The notes under the pieces: model-generated
The model's input: the letters and a program-made list of their open reading frames with translations, nothing else
Told to the model about the DNA's origin: nothing
Database searches by the model: none
Shown: piece after piece, positions 40,643 through 51,344 of the stretch
How the letters are laid out: each line of letters starts with the position of its first letter
How positions within the stretch are numbered: position 1 is the first letter of the stretch
Source of the DNA: an uncultured Nitrososphaerota archaeon
GTDB taxonomy: Archaea > Thermoproteota > Nitrososphaeria > Nitrososphaerales > Gagatemarchaeaceae
Length of the DNA stretch: 64,000 nt
Direction: 5' to 3'
NCBI GenBank assembly: GCA_963838925.1
Contig: CAWISW010000002.1
Location: forward strand, 549,635 to 613,634
Translations under genes and position numbers: made by a program

Positions 40643-40939
40643 CAGATGGGTGCGTTGGAGAGTTAAGCGATTTAGGGGTAAGCCGGACTGTTGTCTCCGA
40701 ATCTTATGGAAGTCGGCAAGAGAAAAGACGCCGATCTCGAACCCTCTTGTGGTGTTGATCCACGAGTCATCGCGCGATGTCTGGATCCCATCGAAGTTCC
40801 AGCACCGTAAAGGCTAGGATGTGGTCTTCCACCGTTAGAAACGGCCATTGCACGCCTGTTTCGCGGTTTTGGGAAGGATTTCAGCAGGAAGGAGCGCATA
40901 GGCCGGTATTCCGCTCGCTAATTTTTAAGAAAATGAGGA

Positions 40940-40963
40940 GGGGGAGCCCGCCTTTGCTCCCCC
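40940..40963 (-). terminator. GC hairpin plus T-tract
   Basis: GGGGGAGC-N8-GCTCCCCC downstream of 40993..41997. Confidence 0.6.
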
Positions 40964-40992
40964 GTGCTTGCCTACGTTGTTACAGTCACTGA

Positions 40993-41997
40993 CTACAGCT
41001 GCGACAGGAAGTTGAGGATGCTTCCCCAGCCGCCGTGATTCCCTGTGCTCCCAGTCTGCCCGACCGTCGCGCTAACTGTCGAGGTGAACCCGTATGCTGG
41101 CACGCCCCACGAAGTGGAGTATGTCCCAGACATGCCGGGCGCCCTGAAGTTGCCGTTGGACTGGAACCCTGTGAGGGTGCATGTGTATGGAAGGGTTGCT
41201 GGTGAGCAGTCGCTCGACCCAGCTGATGGGATGTAGTCTGACCCCGAGTAGGTGCCTCGTGAGTTCAGTGATGCTATGTTTGTGTTGAATTGGATGGTTC
41301 CGGTGTCGGTCGCGGTACCCGTGACCAGATTCTCGTTCTCGATGGATGTCTGGCTAAAGGTTCCTGAGACTGGGTTCGAGCCTAGGGTGCCACTGATGTA
41401 GCCCCCGGTCTGTGCGCCAGTCCACAGGATGGTCGCCTGCGTGTAGGTAGCCACGATGACTATCGCCGAGTCTGGTGAGACCAGGTATATCGGGCCGCCG
41501 TATGGGTTCCAGTATGGCGACTCTACTACTAGAGTCTCTGGAACTGACTGGCCGCCCATGGTCATCCTGACGTTCGAGCTTCCGATGAAGTCGAATGGGA
41601 GTACCTCCGTGCAAGTTGTCGTGCAATTTGCTGGAAGCCCCGCGCCCATGTCCTCACCGTTGATCCCGAAAGTTCCGGTTACGCTGACCTGCATTCCACT
41701 GACTGTGCCGGAGAATTGGATGTTGCCGAACCCGTTGGTGTTCATCCCGTTCTGGTTGGCGAACACGCTGAAACGGATCGACCCTGTGTTAGTGTCGAGT
41801 GGTTGGCCACCGATGTACGCATAGACGACTTGGCCGCCGCTGTAGGCGTATGTCTGGTTGCCAAGGTTCGTCACCGCGCCCTGCATCGAGGCGTTGAGTG
41901 TTTGAGTTGGGGTTGCTGCGAAGGCGGCTGTCGTCCCGCCAAGGAGCATCGCGATTGCTAGTGATGTCAGTACTGTTCTGCTTACGGAGATCTTCAT
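40993..41997 (-). CDS. Secreted Ser/Thr/Gly-rich protein
   Basis: Signal peptide ending AAFA; beta-rich composition. Confidence 0.75.
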   Translation of the reverse strand: MKISVSRTVLTSLAIAMLLGGTTAAFAATPTQTLNASMQGAVTNLGNQTYAYSGGQVVYAYIGGQPLDTNTGSIRFSVFANQNGMNTNGFGNIQFSGTVSGMQVSVTGTFGINGEDMGAGLPANCTTTCTEVLPFDFIGSSNVRMTMGGQSVPETLVVESPYWNPYGGPIYLVSPDSAIVIVATYTQATILWTGAQTGGYISGTLGSNPVSGTFSQTSIENENLVTGTATDTGTIQFNTNIASLNSRGTYSGSDYIPSAGSSDCSPATLPYTCTLTGFQSNGNFRAPGMSGTYSTSWGVPAYGFTSTVSATVGQTGSTGNHGGWGSILNFLSQL

Positions 41998-42108
41998 TGT
42001 TTGAGTGAGGGCGAGATTAAGCGTATATCGATTCTTGGCGTAATCCAGAAAACCGCCCTCGTGATGCTCTCAAAGGCCAACTATCGATCATTTTCCTATC
42101 GAATAACC

Positions 42109-42540
42109 CTAATTGCGCTCTTCCACGACGCTGGGCATCGCGCCCGCCTTTTCGACCAGCTTTTTCTTCATATTGACCCCCTTCACGTATCCGCCCCAGG
42201 TCTCCGCGAACCTTGCAGTCCCTATGGCGAATATGCTGACCGAGGCGAAGAGCGTGGCGTCCCTAATCCCGCTGGTCTGGACGCTGAACATGTTCATGAA
42301 GTCGAAGTAGGCTCCCTCAATGACCCAGAGGGCGAAGAAGAGCCCTGCCATGAGTATCGGGATCCACTCGTGCTTCAGCATGCTCAACTCCTCGTAGTTG
42401 TAGATCTGGAGGAGCGTCCTCACGAGATAGTAGCCAGGGGCGAGGCAGGTCCCTGCGAGCAAAACGTCAAAAAAGACGTTAAGATTCAATGATTTTTTAA
42501 CCTCCGAGCTTATTAAAAGCGTTCTGAACTCTAAATCCAT
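42109..42540 (-). CDS. Small 3-TM membrane protein (start probably near 42490)
   Basis: Hydrophobic segments; host-like codon usage in the 3' part. Confidence 0.55.
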   Translation of the reverse strand: MDLEFRTLLISSEVKKSLNLNVFFDVLLAGTCLAPGYYLVRTLLQIYNYEELSMLKHEWIPILMAGLFFALWVIEGAYFDFMNMFSVQTSGIRDATLFASVSIFAIGTARFAETWGGYVKGVNMKKKLVEKAGAMPSVVEERN

Positions 42541-42588
42541 CCCGAATCCGGAATCAGGAGCCGAAATGGCGTTTCGGACGCCTGGATG

Positions 42589-43311
42589 TCAGGGTGTGTA
42601 AGGCAGTATTTCCACTCCGTGGGGAGTGAAAAGCACGCTGTGGAACTTCCTGCTGTGCTCCGTCCCGCGCAGCTTCCTGATGAGGAACTGGGTCTTTATC
42701 TCCACGTCGCGGGAGATGTAGTTTCTCAGCTCGAATATGCCGTCGGCGACGAACTCCTCCACGCCAAGCTCGGGCGCGACCGCCAAGCCCTGCGGCCTGC
42801 TCGCGGTCATGAGGGTGGTAACGCCCTCCCTCTTGAGGGTCTTGTAGATGAGGTGCATGAGGAAGCTATAGTCGAACTTCTGCTCCGCGCCGCTCATGAA
42901 CGCCGTGAGGGAGTCGACCACGAGCCTCCGCGCGCCGATGTCGTCGAGCGCCTTCAGGAGCGCCTCGATGTTGGAGCCCATCCCCCGCCCCTCCAGGGCC
43001 TCGAGGTCGAGGATCTTGATCTTCCCCTCCTTCTCGAGTGCCTCGAAATCCATGCCGAACCTAAGCATGTTCCTCTTCAGGCTCCTGGTGTCCTCTTCGA
43101 ACGTGGCGAAGACGGCCTTCTCGTCGTAGAGCTTAGCAGAATTGTAGACGAACTGCGAGGAGAAAATGGTCTTCCCCGTGCCTAGGTCGCCGAGCAGCAG
43201 GATGAAGTCGCCCTTTTGCAGCCCTCCCTGGATGAGCTGGTCGAGGCCTGGGATGCCCGTCTTCAGCCTCGTTTCCGGTACGACCGTCGCCAAGACCTTG
43301 AATGCTTCCAA
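42589..43311 (-). CDS. KaiC/RAD55-like ATPase
   Basis: TGIPGLD, GDLGTGKT, LVVDS, ADGIFEL, IRKLRGT. Confidence 0.92.
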   Translation of the reverse strand: MEAFKVLATVVPETRLKTGIPGLDQLIQGGLQKGDFILLLGDLGTGKTIFSSQFVYNSAKLYDEKAVFATFEEDTRSLKRNMLRFGMDFEALEKEGKIKILDLEALEGRGMGSNIEALLKALDDIGARRLVVDSLTAFMSGAEQKFDYSFLMHLIYKTLKREGVTTLMTASRPQGLAVAPELGVEEFVADGIFELRNYISRDVEIKTQFLIRKLRGTEHSRKFHSVLFTPHGVEILPYTP

Positions 43312-43481
43312 GCCTTACTAAATAAGGTTCGTGAATTCCAAAGAATTAGTGCGTTGAGGAAGACCCGATGTCCTTTCCCCTGACCGCGAATAAAGGGCTT
43401 CTCTTATTTAAGCTTCTTGTCGCATGGAGCGGGAATTCACATCGCTTTATTAGCCCAGACGCCGTCTTTCGTCGTCGCAAG

Positions 43482-44624
43482 ATGATGGAGTTTGAGCGGC
43501 TAAAGCGCCGCAACCAGGACTATCTCCTCATCGAGACCATCAAGCGGGTCGGGCCTTCCAACTATTCGCTCCTCGCGAGGCTGACAGGGCTCAACGCAGA
43601 GACCGTGAGGTACAAGATCAGCAAGCAGCTCGTCAAGTTCGGCCTGGGCCTGACCGTCAACATCAACTACGGGGAGCTCGGCTTCACCCTCGGCCTGCTC
43701 AAGGTCAAGGCGAACTCCAGCTCCGGCAAGTCCTGGTTCGACCACGCCCACTATCTCATGCTGCTCTCCAAGGTCGTGGGGACGGACAGCTACGTCTGTC
43801 TCTACGGCATACCTTTCCGATTCAAGAAGAAGTACGCCGAGAGCTTCGAGGAGCTTAAACAGAAGGGCCTCATCGAGAGCTACGAGCTCACCGAGCTATA
43901 CTGGATCAGGTACCCTCCGTTCAGGTCTGAGCTCTACAACTTCGAGACGAAGTGCTGGAACGTCGACTGGAAGCGCATCGAGACCACCACCCAAGAGGCC
44001 GGGGTGACCTCCTTCTCCGTCAACCGCGACCCCAAGGTCGACGACGTGGACATCAAGATCCTGAAGTACCTGATGGAGGACCCGACGTTCGGCCTCGCAA
44101 AGGTCGGTAAGGAGATAGGGGTCAACCCCCGGACTGTCCGATACCACCACGCCGAGCACGTCGTCAAGGGGAACCTCATCATCGGGAACAACATCCGGTG
44201 GACGTGGCCACTCCAGCAGGGGAAGAGCAGCGAGATCATGCAGGTGATGGCCGGCTTCAAGGCCCTCGACCAGGAGGAGATCAACACGGTGCGGAAGCTG
44301 TTCAACAAGCTCCCCTTCACCTGGGTCGAGGGCGGGACAGAGGGCAAGGACTACTTTGCGTTCATGGACATCCCCATAATGAGCTTCCATGAGTGCGTGG
44401 GGTTCATAGAGTCGCACCTCGGTCCAGCCAAGAGCAAGCTCGAGATGTCCATCCTGGACTCCTCGAAGACAAAGTACCTCAACGTCCCCGACGAGATGTT
44501 CGACAAGAGGCTCGGCTGGAGGCTTTTCGGGATATCAGAGGAGGCAGGGCAGGGCATGACGCCGACGGCGGAGCGCGGAGAATCGCGGCAGGCCACCGAG
44601 GGCGAGCGGGGCCGCGGCGCATGA
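43482..44624 (+). CDS. Tandem Lrp/AsnC-like (double HTH) transcriptional regulator
   Basis: Two HTH units: YSLLARLTGLNAETVRY and DIKILKYL...VGKEIGVNPRTVRYH. Confidence 0.75.
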   Translation: MMEFERLKRRNQDYLLIETIKRVGPSNYSLLARLTGLNAETVRYKISKQLVKFGLGLTVNINYGELGFTLGLLKVKANSSSGKSWFDHAHYLMLLSKVVGTDSYVCLYGIPFRFKKKYAESFEELKQKGLIESYELTELYWIRYPPFRSELYNFETKCWNVDWKRIETTTQEAGVTSFSVNRDPKVDDVDIKILKYLMEDPTFGLAKVGKEIGVNPRTVRYHHAEHVVKGNLIIGNNIRWTWPLQQGKSSEIMQVMAGFKALDQEEINTVRKLFNKLPFTWVEGGTEGKDYFAFMDIPIMSFHECVGFIESHLGPAKSKLEMSILDSSKTKYLNVPDEMFDKRLGWRLFGISEEAGQGMTPTAERGESRQATEGERGRGA

Positions 44625-45488
44625 AGCCCATCAGCGTCGTCTACAGGGAGCTGGTGCTCGGCGGGCACCTTCTCGCGCTCGGGACGGCAAGCATCGCGGG
44701 CGCTGCCGCATTCCTCTTCGGCAGGAACCCCACGGTGGTCCTGCTGGTCATGGCGTACCTCTTCTCGTTCGGCGCGTACATGATGAACCGGAGCGCCGAG
44801 ATGGACACCGACCTGGCCTCCCACCCCGAGAGGACGAACTACCTATCTCGGAGGAGGAAGATACTCCCAGGAGTGGTCGCGGCCTCGTTCCTCATCGGCT
44901 ACGCGCTCGCCGCCACGGTCAGCCTGGTATTCTTCGTGGCGCTGCTCGTACCGCTCGGGTTGAGCCTGCTCTACAGCGTGGGCTCGAAGCGCCTCATAGG
45001 GCTCATCGGCGCAAGCAACCTGAAGCAGAAGGTCCTTCTCAAGAACGTCTCGATATCGTTCGGATGGTCGCTCATACCCATCCTGGTCGGCCTCTACTTT
45101 GGAGGCTTCAACCTGGCCCTCCTGCTCCTCGGCCCATTCATCTTCCTTCGGCTGATGACCAACACCATCATCTTCGACATCAGGGACACGGATGGCGACA
45201 GGGAGAACGGCGTCAAGACGGTGCCCACCCAGCTTGGGGTGCCGAGGTCGTTCAACCTGGTCGGGCTCATCGACGCATCATCGGCGGCCTACCTGATCAT
45301 CCTGCTGGCCGTGGGCCCTCGTCCCGCCGTACGCGCTCACGCTGATGCTGCTGCCGATCTACTCGACGATATACAGGGCCTTCGCGATGCAGAGCAACGC
45401 CAACCTGAGCTTCATCTGCGACGTGGTCGCCGACGCCGAGTACATACTTTGGGGACCGTTGATCTACCTTGGCAAGATACTCATCTAG
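44621..45488 (+). CDS. UbiA-family prenyltransferase (frameshift near 45320)
   Basis: NRSAEMDTD..HPER and DIRDTDGDRENGVKT Asp-rich motifs; multi-TM. Confidence 0.85.
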
Positions 45489-46509
45489 CGACGGTACGGA
45501 GAGGGCCAAGAGCTTGCAGGAAGGCCACCCCAACCCGCTCCTTGCCCGGTACAGGCTCGAGGTGGAGAAGCGCCTCTCGGAGATATACAGCTTAGACGGA
45601 TGGATATCTGCAGCGGCGAACGAGGCCATCAAGGCCGGCGGAAAGCGCCTGCGCCCCATCCTCGCAATACTTACCTGCGAGGCGATCTGCGGAAACCCCG
45701 AGCCGGGGTTCCCGGTGGCCATGGCCTACGAGCTCGCCCACTTTGCCTCGCTCATCCAGGACGACATCATCGACGAGTCCGCGGTGCGGCACGCGAGCCC
45801 CACCGCCTACAAGAGGTACGGGCTCGCGAGGGCGATCATGCTCTCGGACAGCATGATATTCGAGATCTTCAACCTCCTTGCGCGCTACGACAAGACCGAT
45901 GTCTCGAAGGACGCCCTGGTTAGGCTGCTCCAGCTCCTGGGGACCGCGGCCAGCCTCGCGGCCGAGGGCGAGATGCTCGAGGTCGCCCTCTCGAGGAGGG
46001 GCGACATAAAGACGGAAGAGTACACCAAGGTGATCGGGGCGAAGACAGGCGCCCTCTTCGCCGCGAGCGCGGCCTCGGGCGCGGTGGTCGCGGGGGCTGA
46101 CAAGCAGACCGTGGACAAGATGTACGAGTTCGGGATGTCGCTCGGGATCGCGTTCCAGATAGGGGACGACATCCTCGACATGACGGGGGACACCCAGAGC
46201 ACAGGCAAGCCCCTCTTCAAGGACATCGAGAACAACGCGGGGAACGTCGTCCTGCTGCACGCGCTCTCGAAGGCCGACGCCACCCAGAAGAACACGATAA
46301 ACTCACTCTTGTTCAAGAAGTGGTTCACGTCGCTCGAGGCCGACAAGCTCCTGACCGTCCTCAAGGAGCTCGGCTCCTTCGAGTATGGGGCCGCCCTGCT
46401 CAGCTCCCAGACGACGAAGTGCAGGTCCCTCCTCGAGTCCCTCCCGGCGTCCCACGCCAAGAGCGCCCTGGACGAGCTCACCCGGACCATAGAGGTCAGG
46501 AAGGAGTAG
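45469..46509 (+). CDS. Polyprenyl diphosphate synthase (GGPPS-like)
   Basis: GGKRLRP, DDIID, KT, FQIGDDILD, GK..FKD. Confidence 0.92.
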   Translation: MARYSSSDGTERAKSLQEGHPNPLLARYRLEVEKRLSEIYSLDGWISAAANEAIKAGGKRLRPILAILTCEAICGNPEPGFPVAMAYELAHFASLIQDDIIDESAVRHASPTAYKRYGLARAIMLSDSMIFEIFNLLARYDKTDVSKDALVRLLQLLGTAASLAAEGEMLEVALSRRGDIKTEEYTKVIGAKTGALFAASAASGAVVAGADKQTVDKMYEFGMSLGIAFQIGDDILDMTGDTQSTGKPLFKDIENNAGNVVLLHALSKADATQKNTINSLLFKKWFTSLEADKLLTVLKELGSFEYGAALLSSQTTKCRSLLESLPASHAKSALDELTRTIEVRKE

Positions 46510-46516
46510 GGACCCC

Positions 46517-47239
46517 ATGCCAGAGCATCAAGCTGAAATAGTGTCCCAGGCAACAGGAGCGAAACCCATGAGCAGCGCCGTCAGGATCCCCACGGGCATA
46601 GAGGGCCTCGATGCCATGATCGAGGGCGGCCTGATTCGGGGCGACATGCACCTCCTTGCCGGAGCGCCCGGGACGGGGAAGACCATACTGGCGTCCACTT
46701 TCGCTTACAACGCGGTCACTGGCCAGAAGGAGAAGGTGGTCTACGCCACCTTCGAGGAGTCCACCGAGTACCTCATCAGGAACATGAAGAAGCTCGGGGT
46801 CGACCTCGCGGCTGCAGAGAGGGCGGGCAACCTGAAGGTGATAGACCTCGACGCGCTGAAGGGGAAGGAGCTCGAGACGAACATCCAGCTGCTGATCTCC
46901 GCAGTGAAGGAGACGAAGAGCACCATCCTGATCATCGACTCCCTGACTGCGTTGCTGCTCGCGACAGAGTCCAAGTTCGAGCTTAGGGCGTTCATGAAGA
47001 GCGTCTACAAGACGCTGAAGAACCAGGGGATAACCACCCTCATGACCATAAGCCAGACTCCCGGCGCGGGTTTCGGCATAGAGGGGTTCGTCGCCGACTC
47101 TGTGATGCTGCTCGAGAACGTGGTCGACAAGGACCAGTTCAAGACCCGGCTGATAATCCTGAAGATGAGGGGTACCGAGCACAGCAAGCGCTACCACACC
47201 GTCCAGTTTGCGCCAAAGATGTCAGTCTCGAAGTACTGA
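46517..47239 (+). CDS. KaiC/RAD55-like ATPase
   Basis: TGIEGLD, GAPGTGKT, LIIDS, LKMRGT. Confidence 0.92.
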   Translation: MPEHQAEIVSQATGAKPMSSAVRIPTGIEGLDAMIEGGLIRGDMHLLAGAPGTGKTILASTFAYNAVTGQKEKVVYATFEESTEYLIRNMKKLGVDLAAAERAGNLKVIDLDALKGKELETNIQLLISAVKETKSTILIIDSLTALLLATESKFELRAFMKSVYKTLKNQGITTLMTISQTPGAGFGIEGFVADSVMLLENVVDKDQFKTRLIILKMRGTEHSKRYHTVQFAPKMSVSKY

Positions 47240-47473
47240 CCCTCCTTCCACCAGACCGGGGTTCATCCATGGCAGCCTGAAACACCCAAGCGGCGACTAG
47301 ATTTCTGCTCCATTCGCCTTATAGGCTAAAGATTCCGAAAGTTGGAAGTTTCACGAAAAAAGCGCGAAAACATTGGCTCTAAACCCCACCGCGAGAAGGC
47401 AGCTCGAGGTTTCCCTCCACTTATCTAGCGTAGTTTCCCCGCTCAGGAGGTAGGGCTCACCCTGTTCTCCATC

Positions 47474-48867
47474 TTGGCGTCGGCCGCTCCCTTGACCCCG
47501 GACATCTTCCCATACCTACTCTACCCTCTCGTCCACATAGTCACGCTCGAGATCACGGCGCTCTCTGCGTACCTACATATACCGCCAGAAGATAACCGCG
47601 TCCAGTCCACGAAGGGGCTCCTCCTCGCGGTGCACGTCCTCTTCGCGGGGGTGGTCCTCTTCGAGTTCCTTCGCACGGCCTTCCTCTCGATCGACTTCAT
47701 CACGACCTACACGATAGGCGGGACGACCCTCATCCTCGCGGACGTGGTCCTCCTGACCCTTCTGGCGGTCACCGTGTACATCGTGCCGTCTGGCATCGGG
47801 AACAAGACCGTCGTCAACCTCCTCACGGAGAAGAAGGGGCTGCTAGCCCTGTACGGCGCGTACACGGCGTTCATCGTCTACGCGGGCGCGTACCTCATCG
47901 CTGAGCAGCCGTTCACGAGCAAGATGGTCGCGAGCGTCACGGGAGCCGCGGTGCCCATCACCGTCTTCACCCAGTACTACCTCGTCCTCCTCCTAGTGGT
48001 CCTGGCCATCTTCATCCTCTTCCCGTCGTCCCTGCTCGTCCTCGCGGCCAGGAAGGTCAAGGACCCGTCAGTAAGCAGGGTCCGAACATCCTGCCGATAA
48101 TCTGGAGCGGCATCGGCGTCGACCTCCTCTTCTTCAACGGCTACCTGCTGTCGTCGAACTTCGACGCCACGCCTTTCGGGTACCTCATCGCCTCGGTGGC
48201 GTTCGGGATAAGCGCCCTCGTCTTCAGGCGGGCGTCGCTCCTGACCGCTTTCTTCGAGCCTGTGAGGCCCACCGGGAAGTTCACGGCAGAGTTCCCGTTC
48301 ACCCAGCGGCTCGGCGTCGAGAACACCTTCCTCACAGGCAGGACGCTCCTTCTTGAGACAGACCCTGCCGTCGCGTACGAGCAGGTCACCTCAGACTTTG
48401 CGAGGCAGTGCCTCTCCACAGGCCACACGGTCTACGTGTTCACGGCGAAGGGGAGCCCGATCTACAACGCCCTCCACAAGATCGACGGTGTCAGGTTCTA
48501 CATACTTTCGGCGAAGGTCACCTACCCGAAGCCGGAGGAGAACGAGCCCTCGCAGATACTCATCCCGAGCAACGACTACGCCGTCATCCTTGACCTCATC
48601 GACAAGACGATAGCGGCATCCGCGGCCCCCGCCCAGGTCGCGATCATCTTCGACAGCATCTCCGACATGGTGCTCTCCTCGGGGTTCGAGGGGACGTACA
48701 AGTTCGTGAAGCAGGTCAACGAGACGACTGGGAACGGGAGGACCGCCACGCTCTTCCTGATGACCCTGGGCGCCCACGACGAGAAGGTGGTGAGCTTCGT
48801 GAGGAGCCTCTTCCCGACGCAGCTCGTGGAGGACGCCGAGGGGCTCAGGCTGACGCGCTCGCAGTAG
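47474..48867 (+). CDS. Multi-TM membrane protein with C-terminal degenerate KaiC-like (DUF835-like) domain (frameshift near 48085)
   Basis: About 7-8 TM segments, then a RecA-like fold with IIFDSISD and GAHDEK but no Walker A lysine. Confidence 0.65.
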
Positions 48868-48935
48868 GCACCGGAAGCGCAGGGCAGAACACTCCTTCAA
48901 AGCACTTATACGCTGGGTCGACACTGTGATAGACA

Positions 48936-49241
48936 ATGGCAATGGTACTCCCGCCAGACGCATCGGTCACCTTCATACTGGCGCTCCTGATCCCGCTGGT
49001 ACTGGGGTTCTTGGTGGGCGTCGTGATAAAGAGCGCCCTTAAGATCGGCGCGGCCATAGCCGTCATCATCATCCTGCTGATCTTCGTGGGGATCCTGACG
49101 CCCTCGCAGGTCATCCAGCCCGTGATGTCGATGTTCAGGTCAGGCTCGCAATTGACCACGCTGGTGAACCGGGTGGCGGGATTTCTACCCTACTCCTCCA
49201 TATTGTTCATCATAGGGTTGGCAATCGGCTTCTTCAGGTAA
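48936..49241 (+). CDS. Small membrane protein, FUN14-like
   Basis: GFLVGVVIKSALKI motif and C-terminal F..G..IGF. Confidence 0.55.
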   Translation: MAMVLPPDASVTFILALLIPLVLGFLVGVVIKSALKIGAAIAVIIILLIFVGILTPSQVIQPVMSMFRSGSQLTTLVNRVAGFLPYSSILFIIGLAIGFFR

Positions 49242-49289
49242 GGAAAGCGCAGCGTACCAGTGATTGGCTTTCGCTGTGGAGCCCCGAGC

Positions 49290-49553
49290 CTACAGCAGCC
49301 ATTCTTTGGGCGGGCCCTGCCCGCCAGCGCAGTGGACCTCGCCGGTGACCCTCCGCAGGAACGACGGGCAGAGAAAACAAACCAGGAAGCCGACCTCCGC
49401 CTTTTCGACCGGGCAGTCGACGCTCTCCTTCTTCATCCTCGCTATCGCCTTCGCGCCCGCGACCCCCTTGAGCTGGACTGACACCTCCTTTGGAATCCGC
49501 TTGGGCTTTGCGGCCTCGCGGACCTTCACTACGAACTTGTAGTCGACTGACAA
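49290..49553 (-). CDS. Small Cys-rich hypothetical protein
   Basis: VDCP...CFLC...VHC. Confidence 0.65.
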   Translation of the reverse strand: MSVDYKFVVKVREAAKPKRIPKEVSVQLKGVAGAKAIARMKKESVDCPVEKAEVGFLVCFLCPSFLRRVTGEVHCAGGQGPPKEWLL

Positions 49554-49594
49554 GCGCCTTTAGCGTCGGCGAGAGACGAATAAAAACCTGAGTC

Positions 49595-50263
49595 TCATTT
49601 GCCTATCGTGAAGGCGATCCACTTCGGCGAAAGCGGGGTCGCCGAGAGCCTGCTGACCATCATGAACCGCCCCTGCTCCGAGAACTTCATCCTGATCGTC
49701 CCGTCGGTGGCGTACTCGACTGATTTTACCGTCTTTTCGTCGTGGACCCCCTCCTCCAGGAGCACCAGTCCTGTAACTCCCCTTGTCTGGAGCTTGGTGT
49801 GGACCGTGTCGAGTAGCCGCAACGCCCTTTCGGGACCGCCGTAGTTGATGACGTCGGTGAAGGAGTCGATCACTATCCTCGCCTCGTCCTCGGGGCCCAC
49901 CCCGGCGTCGTCGACTATGGAGGTTATCCCCACGGAGACGTCGGTGAGAGACGTTAGGCTCGCCGAGTACTTGGACTTGGACTTGCCCGACTTCCACGAG
50001 TAGCAGTCGAGGAACCTCAGGTACTTCTCGACGCCCTTGTTCCAGTTGAAGAGCTGCATCGTCTCGAGCGCCCTGTCCTCCCCCTCGCTGGTCGCGACTA
50101 GGAACGCGTCCTTCTTCTGCTCGATCCCGGTGTAGAGGTAGCGCTTGCTCAGGATGCTCTTCCCCGCCCCCGGCGGCCCCAGGACCAGACAGAGGGAGCC
50201 GACCGGCATCCCTCCCAGCATCATCTGGTCCATGTCCGGTACCCCCAAAGGTAGGCGCTTCAT
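49595..50263 (-). CDS. KaiC/RAD55-like ATPase
   Basis: GPPGAGKS, LDCYSW, IVIDS, GVHDEK. Confidence 0.9.
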   Translation of the reverse strand: MKRLPLGVPDMDQMMLGGMPVGSLCLVLGPPGAGKSILSKRYLYTGIEQKKDAFLVATSEGEDRALETMQLFNWNKGVEKYLRFLDCYSWKSGKSKSKYSASLTSLTDVSVGITSIVDDAGVGPEDEARIVIDSFTDVINYGGPERALRLLDTVHTKLQTRGVTGLVLLEEGVHDEKTVKSVEYATDGTIRMKFSEQGRFMMVSRLSATPLSPKWIAFTIGK

Positions 50264-50293
50264 TCGAATCCACGGGTAGCCGTCGTGGCGTTA

Positions 50294-50815
50294 TTAAGAG
50301 CCGCCCGAGGGCAAGGAATCGCGCCTAGCCTCTTCCTCGCGCTCAAGGTCTAGAAGAGCCTCGCCAGGCGAGCAGATGCGGATGTATTTCTTCAGCTGAT
50401 CTTTGCACTTCTTCCGTAGAAGATGTCGTTCGTCGGTGGTGACGAACAAGCTGCAGCCTTCCGCACTTGCTACGGCGAGATGATGAAAATCGGCTGAACC
50501 AATTCCGAATGCACGTTTCAGCTCCCTGAACTCCAACATCATCTCTACCGCCATGTCCGCATGAGACTCGAAGGGAGAAAAGCTCAGGCGGAAGCCGTCT
50601 ATTAGCGAGAGTTCAACGTCAAATATATTCTCCAGCGGCATCCTAGTTGAGGACGCCAATGCTCCTGGAACTTCGATTAGCGCCAAAGCTGAGCAAAACG
50701 CCGCATGGTTTCCTGACCTGATCTTCTCGGATAGACGCAGGGTTTCAAGGTGATGTTTCTCGCCGTCTCGTTTGACGGAGGCTACCATAACGCCGGAGTC
50801 CAGACCGATTTTCAA
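50294..50815 (-). CDS. vapC: PIN-domain toxin
   Basis: LDSGV, LIE, ADFHHLA, VTTD. Confidence 0.8.
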   Translation of the reverse strand: MKIGLDSGVMVASVKRDGEKHHLETLRLSEKIRSGNHAAFCSALALIEVPGALASSTRMPLENIFDVELSLIDGFRLSFSPFESHADMAVEMMLEFRELKRAFGIGSADFHHLAVASAEGCSLFVTTDERHLLRKKCKDQLKKYIRICSPGEALLDLEREEEARRDSLPSGGS

Positions 50816-51159
50816 GCCCGTCTTCTCTCGCGCTCAATCATTTCAGCAGCAGTTATTTTTGGGTCAAAATAGACCGCGAGCTCCTTTGCCAGCTCCGCGA
50901 GAGGCCGACTCCGAGCCCATCGAGGGGTCTTCGGCAAAGGTCTCGGTGGAGAACTTAGGAGATAGATGTTGACCCTGCCTTTCCTGATCACCACGACCTT
51001 TCCCGTCGCGACAAGCTTCAGGAGGTGACCCTGCGCCGTTGCCCAAGCAGTCCCGAGCTTTTTCGCGATTTCGTCCGGCGTCGCAGGACCTCGCTCCAAG
51101 AGAGCCAAGATCCGCTCGTCGGAAGACTGTGTCGTCGGTTGCATCTTGAGATACATCAC
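50812..51159 (-). CDS. HTH-containing antitoxin-like partner
   Basis: ATPDEIAKKLGTAWATAQGHL; C-terminal AAEMIERERR overlapping the PIN gene. Confidence 0.7.
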   Translation of the reverse strand: MMYLKMQPTTQSSDERILALLERGPATPDEIAKKLGTAWATAQGHLLKLVATGKVVVIRKGRVNIYLLSSPPRPLPKTPRWARSRPLAELAKELAVYFDPKITAAEMIERERRRA

Positions 51160-51344
51160 AGATTGCGTTATAAACGTCTATCTTTTTCTGGTTCTGCTAG
51201 CTTATCTTCACCCGGTCGCGTGGCTCGGATATCGTTGGCTCAGAACGCGAGCGAATCCGTTTTGGTGAAGGATGGTTCAGACTTACCCGATAGTCGTCGA
51301 AGCACTATTCCTCTTTCTTCGCCTGAAAATTGGGACTTACAGCA

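Noticed and set aside
51229-51275. Possible decayed copy of the 3' end of KaiC-like gene 51345..52136
   Set aside because: Needs several gaps to align and lies on the wrong side of the TA pair for the gene-end duplication pattern; too weak to support.
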